From the NCBI GenBank assembly GCA_018268595.1, contig JAFDWH010000004.1, forward strand, positions 237,531-301,530: DNA of 64,000 nt, given 5' to 3'. Source of the DNA: Actinomycetota bacterium. GTDB lineage: Bacteria; Actinomycetota; Thermoleophilia; Solirubrobacterales; Solirubrobacteraceae. Made by a program: the position numbers and the translations under genes. The notes under the pieces were generated by a model. The model was not told where the DNA came from. It made no database searches and worked only from the letters and a program-made list of their open reading frames with translations. Of this stretch, positions 30,708-39,734 are shown in pieces. Position 1 is the first letter of the stretch. Each line of letters opens with the position of its first letter.

Positions 30708-32489
30708 ATGTTCTCGAAGGTCTTGATCGCCAACCGCGGCGAGATCGCGGTCCGTGTCATCCGCGCCTGCGAGGAGCTCGGCGTCGCGTCCGTCGCCGTC
30801 TACTCCGAGCTGGACCGCGACGCGATCCACGTCAAGCGGGCCGACGAGGCGTACCTGATCGGCCCCGGGCCGGCGGCCGAGTCCTACCTCGTGATCGAGA
30901 AGATCATCGACGTCGCGAAGAGATCCGGCGCCGAGGCGATCCACCCCGGCTACGGCTTCCTGGCCGAGAACGCGGCGTTCGCGAAGGCCTGCGAGACGGC
31001 GGGGATCGTCTTCATCGGCCCGCCGGCGAGCGCGATCGAGGCGATGGGCTCGAAGACCGCCGCACGCGAGCTGATGCAGAAGGCCGGCGTGCCGATCGTG
31101 CCGGGCACGACCGAGCCGGTCGCCGACGTGAGAGCCGCGCGCAAGGTGATCGCGGACTCGATCGGCTACCCGGTCGCGGTCAAGGCGGCGGGCGGCGGCG
31201 GCGGCAAGGGCTTCCGCGTCGCGCTGACCGACGACGAGCTGGAGGCCGCCTTCGAGGGCGCCTCGCGCGAGGGCGAGAAGTTCTTCTCCGACCCGACCGT
31301 GTACCTGGAGCGGTATCTCCCCGACCCCCGCCACGTCGAGGTGCAGGTGCTGGCCGACAGACACGGCAACGTGATCCACCTCGGCGAGCGCGACTGCTCG
31401 GTGCAGCGCCGCCACCAGAAGCTGATCGAGGAGTCGCCCGCGCCGGCCGTGGACGAGGCGCTGCGGGCGCACATCGGCAGAGTCGCGACGGACGCCGCCG
31501 CGGCCGTCGACTACGTCGGCGCCGGCACGATCGAGGGCCTGTTGCAGGACGGCGAGTACTTCTTCCTGGAGATGAACACGCGCGTCCAGGTCGAGCACTG
31601 CGTCACCGAGATGACGACCGGCATCGACATCGTCAAGGAGGGCATGCGCGCCGCCGCCGGCGAGCCGCTGTCGATCTCGCAGGATGACGTCGTGCTGCGC
31701 GGCCACGCGATCGAGTGCCGCATCAACGCCGAGGACGCGTCGAAGAACTTCGCGCCGGCGCCGGGCAGGATCGGCGCCTACGTCGAGCCGAGCGGGCCGG
31801 GCGTGCGCGTCGACTCGGGCGTCGGCCCGGGCGGCGAGGTCTCGCCGATGTACGACCCGATGGTCGCGAAGCTGATCGTGTGGGACTCCGACCGCGAGGC
31901 GGCGACGAGACGCATGCTGCGCGCGCTCGACGAATACGAGATCACCGAGCTGAAGACGCTGATCCCGTTCCACAAGGCGCTGCTCGCGACGAGACAGTGG
32001 GGCAACGCGGAGACGTGCCGCGACCTCGTCGAGGACAAGAGATGGCTGAGAGCGCTCGCGTTCGAGCCGACCGTGCCGTCCGACGGCGACGAGGACGGCG
32101 AGAAGGTCGAGCAGACCTACACGGTCGAGGTGAGCGGCCGGCGCTTCGACGTGAGAGTGATCGGCGCACCGTTCGCCGGCGCGGTCACGCTCAACGGCTC
32201 CGCGCCGGCCGCCGCGCCGCGCAAGCCGCGCGAGCGGAAGAAGGGCGGCTCCGCCGTCGGCGGCGACACGCTCCCCTCGCCGCTGCAGGGCAACATGTGG
32301 AGAGTGAAGGTGAGACAGGGCGACGCGGTCGAGGAGGGCCAGCTGCTCTGCATCATCGAGGCGATGAAGATGGAGAACGAGATCACCGCCCACAAGGCGG
32401 GCGTCGTCGCCGAGCTGCCGATCGCCGAGGGCGCCCCGATCGCCGCCGGCGACCCGATCGCCACGATCACCTCGACCGTCTCCGAGTAG
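30708..32489 (+). CDS. acetyl/propionyl-CoA carboxylase alpha subunit (biotin carboxylase + BCCP)
   Basis: 'MFSKVLIANRGEIAVRVIRA', 'GGGGKG', 'EMNTRVQVEH' and the C-terminal biotinylation motif 'EAMKMEN'. Confidence 0.92.
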   Translation: MFSKVLIANRGEIAVRVIRACEELGVASVAVYSELDRDAIHVKRADEAYLIGPGPAAESYLVIEKIIDVAKRSGAEAIHPGYGFLAENAAFAKACETAGIVFIGPPASAIEAMGSKTAARELMQKAGVPIVPGTTEPVADVRAARKVIADSIGYPVAVKAAGGGGGKGFRVALTDDELEAAFEGASREGEKFFSDPTVYLERYLPDPRHVEVQVLADRHGNVIHLGERDCSVQRRHQKLIEESPAPAVDEALRAHIGRVATDAAAAVDYVGAGTIEGLLQDGEYFFLEMNTRVQVEHCVTEMTTGIDIVKEGMRAAAGEPLSISQDDVVLRGHAIECRINAEDASKNFAPAPGRIGAYVEPSGPGVRVDSGVGPGGEVSPMYDPMVAKLIVWDSDREAATRRMLRALDEYEITELKTLIPFHKALLATRQWGNAETCRDLVEDKRWLRALAFEPTVPSDGDEDGEKVEQTYTVEVSGRRFDVRVIGAPFAGAVTLNGSAPAAAPRKPRERKKGGSAVGGDTLPSPLQGNMWRVKVRQGDAVEEGQLLCIIEAMKMENEITAHKAGVVAELPIAEGAPIAAGDPIATITSTVSE

Positions 32490-32552
32490 CGCGAGCAGCG
32501 CCTGCGCGACGGGATCGCGCCGCGCGCTCGCCGGGGGGGAAGGATCTGGGTA

Positions 32553-32585
32553 GACCGGCGTCTGGTCGAATACTGACCGGCGTCT
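32553..32585. repeat. 11-bp direct repeat GACCGGCGTCT x2 (22-bp phasing) upstream of the TIGR03118-like gene
   Basis: Copies at 32553-32563 and 32575-32585. The second is embedded in the dyad GACCGGC-N10-GCCGGTC (to about 32598). Confidence 0.3.
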
Positions 32586-32633
32586 CCCGGAGCCGGTCCC
32601 GACGCGCTGGCACGAGCGCGAAAGGAGGCTCGC

Positions 32634-33785
32634 ATGACTGCGATCCGTCCTCGCACCCCCCTCGGCCCCGAGCCGTCGCGCAGGAGGAGGTGGTCGGCCC
32701 GCTGGCTCGCGGTCCTCGCGGCTCTCGCGGCGCTTGCGCTCGTCGCGCCGGCGACCGCCGCCGCCCACGGGCACGGCCACGGCCACGGCCACGGCAACCG
32801 CCACGCGTTCGAGCAGCGCAACCTGATCTCCGACATCGCCGGCGTCGCCCGCATCACCGACCGCAACCTCGTCAACTCGTGGGGCATGGCGGCCGGCCCG
32901 ACCACGCCCCTGTGGGTGGCGGACAACGGCAGCGACGTCTCGACCGTCTACAGAGGCGCCGTGAACGGCGGCATCCCGGTGATCGCGCCGCTCGTCGTCG
33001 CGATCCCGAACGGCGCGCCGACGGGGATCGTCTTCAACCCGACGAACGGCTTCACGATCGGCAGCGGCGCGACGAGCGGGCCGGCGCGCTTCATCTTCGA
33101 CTCGGAGGCCGGCACGATCTCGGCCTGGAGCCCGAGCCTCGTCCCGGCGACGCAGGCGCAGCTGATCGCGAGCGACCCCAGCGCGGTCTACAAGGGCCTC
33201 GCGCTCGCGACCTCGCACAGGAACGGCACGCGCATCTACGCGGCCGACTTCCACGGCGCCAAGATCGACGTCTGGAACGACCAGTTCAGACCGGTGGACG
33301 TGCCCGGCGCGTTCGTCGACAGAGCGCTGCCGGCCGGGTTCGCGCCGTTCAACATCCAGCAGCTGGGCGGCCGGCTCTACGTCACGTACGCCAAGCAGGA
33401 CGCGCAGGGCCATGACGACGTGGCCGGCCCCGGCAACGGGTTCGTGGACGTGTACGACACGAGCGGCCACCTGCTCAAGCGGCTCGTCTCGCAGGGGCAG
33501 CTCAACTCCCCGTGGGGCCTCGTGATCGCACCGCGCCACTTCGGCCGCTTCGGCCGCGATCTGCTCGTCGGCAACTTCGGCGACGGGATGATCAACGCGT
33601 ACAGCACCCACAGCGGCCGCTTTCAGGGCCGGCTCGTGAACACGGACGGCAACCCGATCCAGATCGACGGCCTGTGGGCGCTGCGCTTCGGCAACGGCGT
33701 CTTCGGCACGCCACGAAACCTGCTGTTCACCGCCGGCATCGGCGACGAGGGGCACGGGCTGCTCGGCGAGATCGTCGCGCGCTAA
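32634..33785 (+). CDS. secreted TIGR03118-family beta-propeller-like protein
   Basis: Arg-rich n-region plus 'LAVLAALAALALVAPATAAA' signal. 'QRNLISDIAGVA..TD.NLVNSWGMA.....PLWVADNGS.VSTVY' matches my memory of TIGR03118 proteins. Confidence 0.65.
   Translation: MTAIRPRTPLGPEPSRRRRWSARWLAVLAALAALALVAPATAAAHGHGHGHGHGNRHAFEQRNLISDIAGVARITDRNLVNSWGMAAGPTTPLWVADNGSDVSTVYRGAVNGGIPVIAPLVVAIPNGAPTGIVFNPTNGFTIGSGATSGPARFIFDSEAGTISAWSPSLVPATQAQLIASDPSAVYKGLALATSHRNGTRIYAADFHGAKIDVWNDQFRPVDVPGAFVDRALPAGFAPFNIQQLGGRLYVTYAKQDAQGHDDVAGPGNGFVDVYDTSGHLLKRLVSQGQLNSPWGLVIAPRHFGRFGRDLLVGNFGDGMINAYSTHSGRFQGRLVNTDGNPIQIDGLWALRFGNGVFGTPRNLLFTAGIGDEGHGLLGEIVAR
32766..32795 (+). repeat. hexanucleotide tandem repeat (CACGGS)x5 encoding (His-Gly)5
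   Basis: Read directly and in frame with the CDS. It encodes HGHGHGHGHG just after the predicted signal cleavage site. Confidence 0.8.
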
Positions 33786-33804
33786 AGACGCACTGCGACG
33801 CTGG

Positions 33805-33822
33805 GCGCAGCGGGGGCTGCGC
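33805..33822 (+). terminator. GC hairpin after the TIGR03118-like gene
   Basis: GCGCAGC-GGGG-GCTGCGC starts 20 nt after the stop. No T-tract. Confidence 0.3.
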
Positions 33823-33888
33823 TCAGCCGCTGTGCGCTCCGCTCAAGCGCGTGCGGCGCTCGTCGCGTTGCTCGTGGCCTCGAGAGGA

Positions 33889-34072
33889 GGGCATCGAGGT
33901 GTGTGGTGCCCGCAAGGGCACGCGGTCCCCGTTCGAGCGCGGTCTGAAAACGACGACCGCGAACGAGACCCTCGTATAGCGGGTCAGATTCGCGGTCGTG
34001 GTTTTCGGCCCACTCCGGAGCGGGGATCGCGGCGGCCGAGAGGAGCGCCCGTACCCCTCCCCCTCGATGCCC
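33889..34072. other. 184-nt nested inverted-repeat element (candidate structured sRNA or MITE/REP-like repeat)
   Basis: Outer stem GGGCATCGAGG (33889-33899) pairs with CCTCGATGCCC (34062-34072). An inner stem of about 22 bp joins GGTCTGAAAACGACGACCGCGAA (33941-33963) to TTCGCGGTCGTGGTTTTCGGCC (33989-34010), with an apical GACCC/GGGTC hairpin. A GTGCCC-GCAA-GGGCAC tetraloop hairpin lies at 33907-33922. The element sits between two convergent gene ends. Confidence 0.4.
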
Positions 34073-34113
34073 AACCGGCGGACGCCGGCGCCCCAGCCGG
34101 GTGGCGAGCGGCG

Positions 34114-34899
34114 CTACCCGGCGCCGAGCAGACTGACGTTGTACTCGTGCAGCTTGCGGTTGCCGCCGTCGCGGCGCGCGAGCGGCAGCGGCGCGGCGGC
34201 GGGGTCGTCGCCGGCGAGGGCCTCGACGTAGGCGAGGTCCTCGCGCAGGATCGCCGCGGCGCGCACCTCGTCCAGCGGCTCGCCGTGGCCGGGCACGATG
34301 ACGTGCGCCTGCTCGACGAGCGGCTCGAGCCGCTTCAGCGTCGCGCGGTAGGCGTCGAGCGAGGAGGACGGCGACAGCTCGGGGATCGCGCCGGGCGAGA
34401 GGTAGTCGCCGCACACGAGCACACGGGCCCACGGGATCCACACGGCAGTGCCATCGGACGTGTGCCCGTCGGCCGGGTGCAGCTCCAGCTCAGCAGCCCC
34501 GAGCGCGCAGTAGCCGGGCACCGGCAGCGCCTGCACGCCCGGCAGCGACAGCGGGCCGGGGCGGTCGATCAGGTACTGCTCGTCGAACTCGCGCAGCTCG
34601 CGCTGGGCGGCGCCGGGCTCGGCGGTCAGGCGCGCGGCGGTCGTCTCGCCGCAGCCGATCGACGCCTCCGGGAACGCGTAGCGCCCGAGCAGGTGGTCCC
34701 AGTCGGCGTGCGTGACGAGCAGCCCGGAGACCGCGAAGCCCGCCTGCTCCAGCAGCGCCGGCAGCGCCTCCAGCTCGTCCGGCAGGATCGGCGAGTCGAT
34801 CAGGAACGCCTCGTCGCCGGCGCGGACGGCGGTGCAGGTCGTCTTCCAGATCGCGCCGATCGCGACGACGACGTCCTCGTGAACGGCGATCGCGCGCAT
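34114..34899 (-). CDS. MBL-fold metallo-hydrolase
   Basis: 'LLVTHADWDHL' (HxHxDH-type motif variant), later 'GH' and 'PGHG' ligand positions. 261 aa. Confidence 0.8.
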   Translation of the reverse strand: MRAIAVHEDVVVAIGAIWKTTCTAVRAGDEAFLIDSPILPDELEALPALLEQAGFAVSGLLVTHADWDHLLGRYAFPEASIGCGETTAARLTAEPGAAQRELREFDEQYLIDRPGPLSLPGVQALPVPGYCALGAAELELHPADGHTSDGTAVWIPWARVLVCGDYLSPGAIPELSPSSSLDAYRATLKRLEPLVEQAHVIVPGHGEPLDEVRAAAILREDLAYVEALAGDDPAAAPLPLARRDGGNRKLHEYNVSLLGAG

Positions 34900-34926
34900 G
34901 CGCCGACGCTGCCCTGCCGCGCCGGG

Positions 34927-35607
34927 CTAGAAGCCCAGCAGTCTGACCGCCTCGCGGAGGCTCGTCACCTCGGCGTCCGGTCTCTTCTGGCCCGACTCGA
35001 GCTGCGCTCTCGTGCGGTTGACCCACACGACCGGGATTCTGCCCTTCAGGCACGGCTCGACGTCGTGGTGGTAGCTGGAGCCGATGTGGACCCAGCCTCT
35101 CTTGCCGCCGATGCGGCGCTCGCACTCCTTGAAGTGCGCGGGGTCCGGCTTGTAGGAGCGGACCTGCTGGGCGGTCACGACGAGGTCGAAGTCATGTGGG
35201 ATGTGGCGGCGCGTGAGGCCGAGCAGCTTGTCGTCGATGTTCGCGATCAGGCCGAGGCTGACGCCCGCTCTCACGAGTCTCTGCAGCACCGGGTTGGCCT
35301 CTCTGAAAGCCGGCCAGCGCTGCACCGAGTCGGGCAGGAAGCCGCTGCGCGACGGCTCGAGCGGCCAGCCCAGCTCCTCGGCGATCTGGACGGCGGTGCG
35401 GCGCAGCACCTCGGCGTACAGCTCATAGGAACCCGCCTGGATCTGCTGCTGGATCGAGTGGAACAGCGGGACAAGCGCGTCGCGGTCCATCTCGAAGCCG
35501 TCGCGCGCGGCCTCTCTGCTGAACGCGTCGAACGCCCCGCTGTCCCAGTCGATCAGGGTGCCGTAGACGTCAAATGTGACGAACGTTACGTTTCTGGGAA
35601 TCGGCAT
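34927..35607 (-). CDS. HAD-superfamily hydrolase (haloacid dehalogenase type II-like)
   Basis: 'VTFDVYGTLIDW' (DxYGT motif I), 'ANID' and 'SYKPDPAHF'. 226 aa. Confidence 0.75.
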   Translation of the reverse strand: MPIPRNVTFVTFDVYGTLIDWDSGAFDAFSREAARDGFEMDRDALVPLFHSIQQQIQAGSYELYAEVLRRTAVQIAEELGWPLEPSRSGFLPDSVQRWPAFREANPVLQRLVRAGVSLGLIANIDDKLLGLTRRHIPHDFDLVVTAQQVRSYKPDPAHFKECERRIGGKRGWVHIGSSYHHDVEPCLKGRIPVVWVNRTRAQLESGQKRPDAEVTSLREAVRLLGF

Positions 35608-35708
35608 TGGGCGCGCATTATGCCTTCCGGGCCGTCGATCGCGCGCCGTGCCTGGACGCGACGGCGTCCGACACCTTCGCCCTATCTCGGATATCGTGGC
35701 GCGCCGCT

Positions 35709-36866
35709 ATGGACCTCCTTGAGTATCAGGGGAAGCAGCTCTTCGCCCGACACGGGATCCCGGTTCCCTCCGGCAAGCCCGCTTCAACCGTCGCCGACGC
35801 CGTCGCAGCTGCCGACGAGATCGGCTATCCCTGCGTCGTCAAGGCGCAGGTCCTCATCGGCGGCCGCGGCAAGGCCGGCGGCGTCAAGCTCGCGAAGGAC
35901 AGAGCCGAGGCCGAGCAGTACGCCACCGACATTCTCGGGATGGACATCAAGGGCTTCACCGTCCACGAGGTCTGGATCGAGGCAGCCTCGGACATCGCGT
36001 CCGAGTACTACGCGTCGATCGTGTTCGACCGCGCCGCGAAGGCTCCCCTCGTGATGTTCTCGACGAAGGGTGGCATGGACATCGAGGCGGTTGCGGAGGA
36101 GACGCCCGAGGCGTTGGTGAGAATCCACGTCGACCCCCTCCTCGGTTTTCAAGACTTCCACGGTCGTCGCCTGGCCTTCGAAGCGGGCGTTGATGCGGAC
36201 GTGGTCCGGCCAGTGGGCGCGCTGCTGTCGAAGCTCTACGACGCGTTCGTCGCCGAGGAGGCGATGCTCGTCGAGGTCAACCCGCTGATCGTCACGGGGG
36301 ACCGCGACGTCAAGGCGCTCGACGCGAAGGTCACGCTCGACGGCAACTCGCTCTACCGCCACCCGGACAACGCGGGGCTGCGCAACCCGTCCCAGGAGGA
36401 CGAGCAGGAGCAGATGGCGCACGAGCGCGGGCTCACGTACGTGAAGCTCGACGGCGACATCGGCATCCTCGGCAACGGCGCCGGGCTCGTCATGTCGACG
36501 CTCGACGTCGTCGCCCAGGCCGGCGGCTCGCCGGCGAACTTCCTCGACGCCGGCGGCGGCTCGAAGGCCGACGCGATCGTCAGCGCGGTCGAGGTGATCC
36601 TCTCCGACACGAAGGTCAGAGCCGTGCTGTTCAACATCTTCGGCGGGATCACCCGCTGCGACGAGGTCGCGAAGGGCCTGATCGAGGCGTTCGACGTCGT
36701 CAAGCCGACGGTCCCGTTCGTGGTCCGTCTCGACGGCACGAACGACGTCGCGGGCCGTCAGCTGCTCGCCGACGCGAGCCTGCCGAACGTCCACACGGAG
36801 GCCACGATGCTCGGCGCCGCCCAGAAGGTCGTCGAGCTGGCTGCGGCGCATGGGGCGGCGGCATGA
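35709..36866 (+). CDS. sucC: succinyl-CoA synthetase beta subunit
   Basis: ATG at 35709. '[20 protein letters not shown]', '[18 protein letters not shown]' and '[12 protein letters not shown]'. Confidence 0.95.
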   Translation: MDLLEYQGKQLFARHGIPVPSGKPASTVADAVAAADEIGYPCVVKAQVLIGGRGKAGGVKLAKDRAEAEQYATDILGMDIKGFTVHEVWIEAASDIASEYYASIVFDRAAKAPLVMFSTKGGMDIEAVAEETPEALVRIHVDPLLGFQDFHGRRLAFEAGVDADVVRPVGALLSKLYDAFVAEEAMLVEVNPLIVTGDRDVKALDAKVTLDGNSLYRHPDNAGLRNPSQEDEQEQMAHERGLTYVKLDGDIGILGNGAGLVMSTLDVVAQAGGSPANFLDAGGGSKADAIVSAVEVILSDTKVRAVLFNIFGGITRCDEVAKGLIEAFDVVKPTVPFVVRLDGTNDVAGRQLLADASLPNVHTEATMLGAAQKVVELAAAHGAAA

Positions 36867-37738
36867 GCGTCCTCGTCGGCAAGGACACGCGCCTCGTCGT
36901 CACCGGCCTGACCGGTCGCGAGGGCACGTTCCACGCGCTCAACAACCGCAACTACGGGACCGACGTGGTCGCCGGCGTGACGCCCGGCAAGCGCGGCCAG
37001 GACGTCGAGGGCATCCCCGTCTTCGACACCGTCCACGCGGCCGTCGCCGAGACCGGCGCGAACACGGCGATGATCTTCGTCCCGCCGCGCTTCGCCGCCG
37101 ACTCGATCCTCGAGGCGCTCGACGCCGGCATCGAGCTGGTCGTCGCGATCACCGAGGGGATCCCGGCGCACGACGAGCTGCGCGTCTACACGCAGCTCAA
37201 GCGCACGCCCGGCGCGCGCCTGGTGGGCCCGAACTGCCCCGGCATCCTGTCCCCCGGCAAGGCGAACGTCGGCATCATCCCGGCGTCGTTCTTCAAGGAG
37301 GGCAACGTCGGCGTCGTGTCGCGCTCCGGCACGCTGACCTACCAGATCGGCAACGAGCTGGCCCAGCGCGGCTTCGGCAACTCCTCGATCGTCGGCATCG
37401 GCGGCGACCCGGTCCCCGGCTCGTCGTTCATCGACATCATCGAGCTGTTCGAGCAGGACCCGCAGACCGAGCTGATCGTGATGAGCGGCGAGATCGGCGG
37501 CTCGGCCGAGGAGGAGGCCGCCGAGTACATCGCGGCCAACGTCACCAAGCCTGTCGTCGGTTACATCGCCGGCTTCACCGCGCCGCCCGGCAAGACGATG
37601 GGCCACGCCGGCGCGATCGTCTCCGGCACCGCCGGCACCGCCAAGGCGAAGGCCGAGGCGCTCGAGGCGAAGGGCGTCCGCGTCGGCCGCACGCCGACCG
37701 AGACGGCCGAGATCGCGATGGAGATCCTGTCGGCCTGA
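36863..37738 (+). CDS. sucD: succinyl-CoA synthetase alpha subunit
   Basis: ATGA overlap with sucC. '[10 protein letters not shown]', 'SRSGTLTY' and the phospho-His loop '[10 protein letters not shown]'. Confidence 0.95.
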   Translation: MSVLVGKDTRLVVTGLTGREGTFHALNNRNYGTDVVAGVTPGKRGQDVEGIPVFDTVHAAVAETGANTAMIFVPPRFAADSILEALDAGIELVVAITEGIPAHDELRVYTQLKRTPGARLVGPNCPGILSPGKANVGIIPASFFKEGNVGVVSRSGTLTYQIGNELAQRGFGNSSIVGIGGDPVPGSSFIDIIELFEQDPQTELIVMSGEIGGSAEEEAAEYIAANVTKPVVGYIAGFTAPPGKTMGHAGAIVSGTAGTAKAKAEALEAKGVRVGRTPTETAEIAMEILSA

Positions 37739-37815
37739 CGGCCGGCAGCGTCTCCCGGCAGACCGAGAAGCGCCCGCGGCGACGGCTCGCGGGCGCTTTG
37801 CGTACCCTGCGTCGC

Positions 37816-38928
37816 ATGGCTTCCGAACCCGCTCCGATCTCCTTCGCCCGCGGCGCGCCGTCGCTCGACATCGTCGACGTCGACGGCCTGCGCGCCGCCG
37901 CCGACCGCGCCTTCCAGAACGACCCCGCCGGCACGACGGCCTACGGCACGTCGATCGGCTACGTGCCGCTGCGCACGTGGATCGCGGAGCAGCACGGCGT
38001 CGCGCCGGAGCAGGTGATCGTCACGAACGGCTCGATGCAGGCGGACGCGTTCCTGTTCGAGGCGCTCGTCGAGGACGGCGACACGGTCGTCGTCGAGAAG
38101 CCGACGTACGACCGCACGCTGCTGTCGCTGCGCTCGCGCGGCGCGGACGTGCGCCCGGTCGACCTGCACGAGGACGGGATCGACGTCGCGGGCGTCGAGG
38201 CGCTGATCGCCGACGGCGTTATGCCGCGGCTCGCGCACCTGATCCCCAACTTCCAGAACCCGGCCGGCTACACGCTGTCGGGCGACAAGCGGCGCGCGCT
38301 CGTCGCGCTCGCGGCCGAGCACGGCATCACGATCTTCGAGGACGACCCGTACGTGCAGCTGCGCTTCAGCGGCGAGCCGCTGCCGACGATGCTGTCGCTC
38401 GACCAGGCCGACCGCGTCGTGTACGCGTCGTCCTTCTCGAAGACCGTCTGTCCGGGCATCCGCGTCGGCTACCTCGTCGGTCCGGAGAAGCTGATCGCGC
38501 GCATCGCGAAGCTCGCGACGAACACCTACATCTCGCCGAACATGGTCGCCCAGTCGATCGTCAACGAGTTCGTGCGGGCCGACGGCGGCGGCGCCTTCGA
38601 GCGCTCCGTCGCGCGCGTGAAGGACGCGCTGCAGGAGCGCGCCGCCGCGTTGTGCGCGGCGCTCGCGCGCGAGCTGCCGGAGGCGCGCTTCGTCGCGCCG
38701 CAGGGCGGCTACTTCCTGTGGGTCGAGCTGCCCGAGGGGACCGACGGCGACGCGCTGTTCGCCGCCGCCGCCGAGCGCGGCGTGCAGATCGTCAAGGGCA
38801 CGGACTTCCTGCTCGAGGGCGGCGAGAACGCCTTCCGCCTCGCCTACTCCGGCGTGACGGTGCCGCAGATCGAGGAGGGCGTCGCCCGCCTCGCCGACGC
38901 GGTCCGCTCGCTGGGCGTGGCTGCGTAG
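37816..38928 (+). CDS. PLP-dependent aminotransferase (class I/II, 2-aminoadipate/aromatic transaminase-like)
   Basis: ATG at 37816 within a longer artefactual ORF. 'NFQNPAGYTLS', 'DDPY' and PLP-lysine 'SFSKTVCPGIRVGY'. Confidence 0.85.
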   Translation: MASEPAPISFARGAPSLDIVDVDGLRAAADRAFQNDPAGTTAYGTSIGYVPLRTWIAEQHGVAPEQVIVTNGSMQADAFLFEALVEDGDTVVVEKPTYDRTLLSLRSRGADVRPVDLHEDGIDVAGVEALIADGVMPRLAHLIPNFQNPAGYTLSGDKRRALVALAAEHGITIFEDDPYVQLRFSGEPLPTMLSLDQADRVVYASSFSKTVCPGIRVGYLVGPEKLIARIAKLATNTYISPNMVAQSIVNEFVRADGGGAFERSVARVKDALQERAAALCAALARELPEARFVAPQGGYFLWVELPEGTDGDALFAAAAERGVQIVKGTDFLLEGGENAFRLAYSGVTVPQIEEGVARLADAVRSLGVAA

Positions 38929-38934
38929 GTCGCG

Positions 38935-39645
38935 CTAGCGCCCGTAGCGGCCGCCGAGCACGAGCTGTCTCGGCAGCGCCGTGCGCGGCGGCGGGCTTGG
39001 GTCGGCGGTCACTGAGACGGTCTCGGCGACGCTGCGGGTGACGACGTGCTCGCCGCCGTCGGACGCGACGGTGATGTGGTCGTCATCGGCGGCGGCGATC
39101 GTGCCGTCGAGGCCGGGCTCGATGCCCGAGTCCTTGAGGTAGTGGAGCAGGTCCTCCGCCTCGTTCTCGAAGCGCAGGACTCTGACGCGGGCGCCCTCGG
39201 CGCAGTCGGCGAGCGGGACGCCGACGATCCGCTCGCCGACGTTGATCGGATGGCCGTGCGGGCACGTCGTCGCGTCGCCGATCGCGGCCTTGACGTACGC
39301 CTCGAAGCGCGGCGACATCGCATGCTCCATCCGCTCGGCCTCCTCGTGCACGTCGTCCCACGGCACGCCGACGACGTCGGTCAGGAAGCGCTCGATCAGG
39401 CGGTGACGCGAGGTGATCTCCTCGGCGTGGCGACGGCCGTCCTCGGTGAAGGAGATCGCGCGGTCCTCGCCGCGCGTCACGTAGCCGTCTCTCTCGAGTC
39501 GGCCGAGCATCTCGTGGACCGTCGGGGCGGACAGCTGCATCGCGCGCGCGAGGTTGGCGCCGGTCATCGGCAGGCCCGCCTCGTAGAGCCAGAAGAGCAT
39601 CTGGAGGTACTCCTCCTCGGCGATCGTGGCGTGCTCGTGCGACAC
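38935..39645 (-). CDS. DtxR/IdeR/MntR-family metal-dependent transcriptional regulator with a C-terminal FeoA/SH3-like domain
   Basis: 'EEYLQMLFWLYE', 'LSAPTVHEMLGRLERDGYV', 'RHRLIERFL', 'HEEAERMEH' and 'CPHGHPI'. Confidence 0.85.
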   Translation of the reverse strand: MSHEHATIAEEEYLQMLFWLYEAGLPMTGANLARAMQLSAPTVHEMLGRLERDGYVTRGEDRAISFTEDGRRHAEEITSRHRLIERFLTDVVGVPWDDVHEEAERMEHAMSPRFEAYVKAAIGDATTCPHGHPINVGERIVGVPLADCAEGARVRVLRFENEAEDLLHYLKDSGIEPGLDGTIAAADDDHITVASDGGEHVVTRSVAETVSVTADPSPPPRTALPRQLVLGGRYGR

Positions 39646-39734
39646 CTGCGCCCACCTTCCTTCCCGCGACTCGCCGGACGACGCCGGCCTGACCGCTTCG
39701 ATCGTAGAGGGTCGGCGACGGGCTTGCCGGACCG

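Noticed and set aside
33889-34072. Assigning the structured element to RNase P RNA, SRP RNA, tmRNA, or a TPP/B12 riboswitch.
   Set aside because: I could not find the universally conserved boxes of those RNAs (for example GAGGAAAGUCC, the SRP GGAA/AGCA loop, the tmRNA tag/CCA end, CUGAGA, the B12 box). It is also not upstream of any gene.
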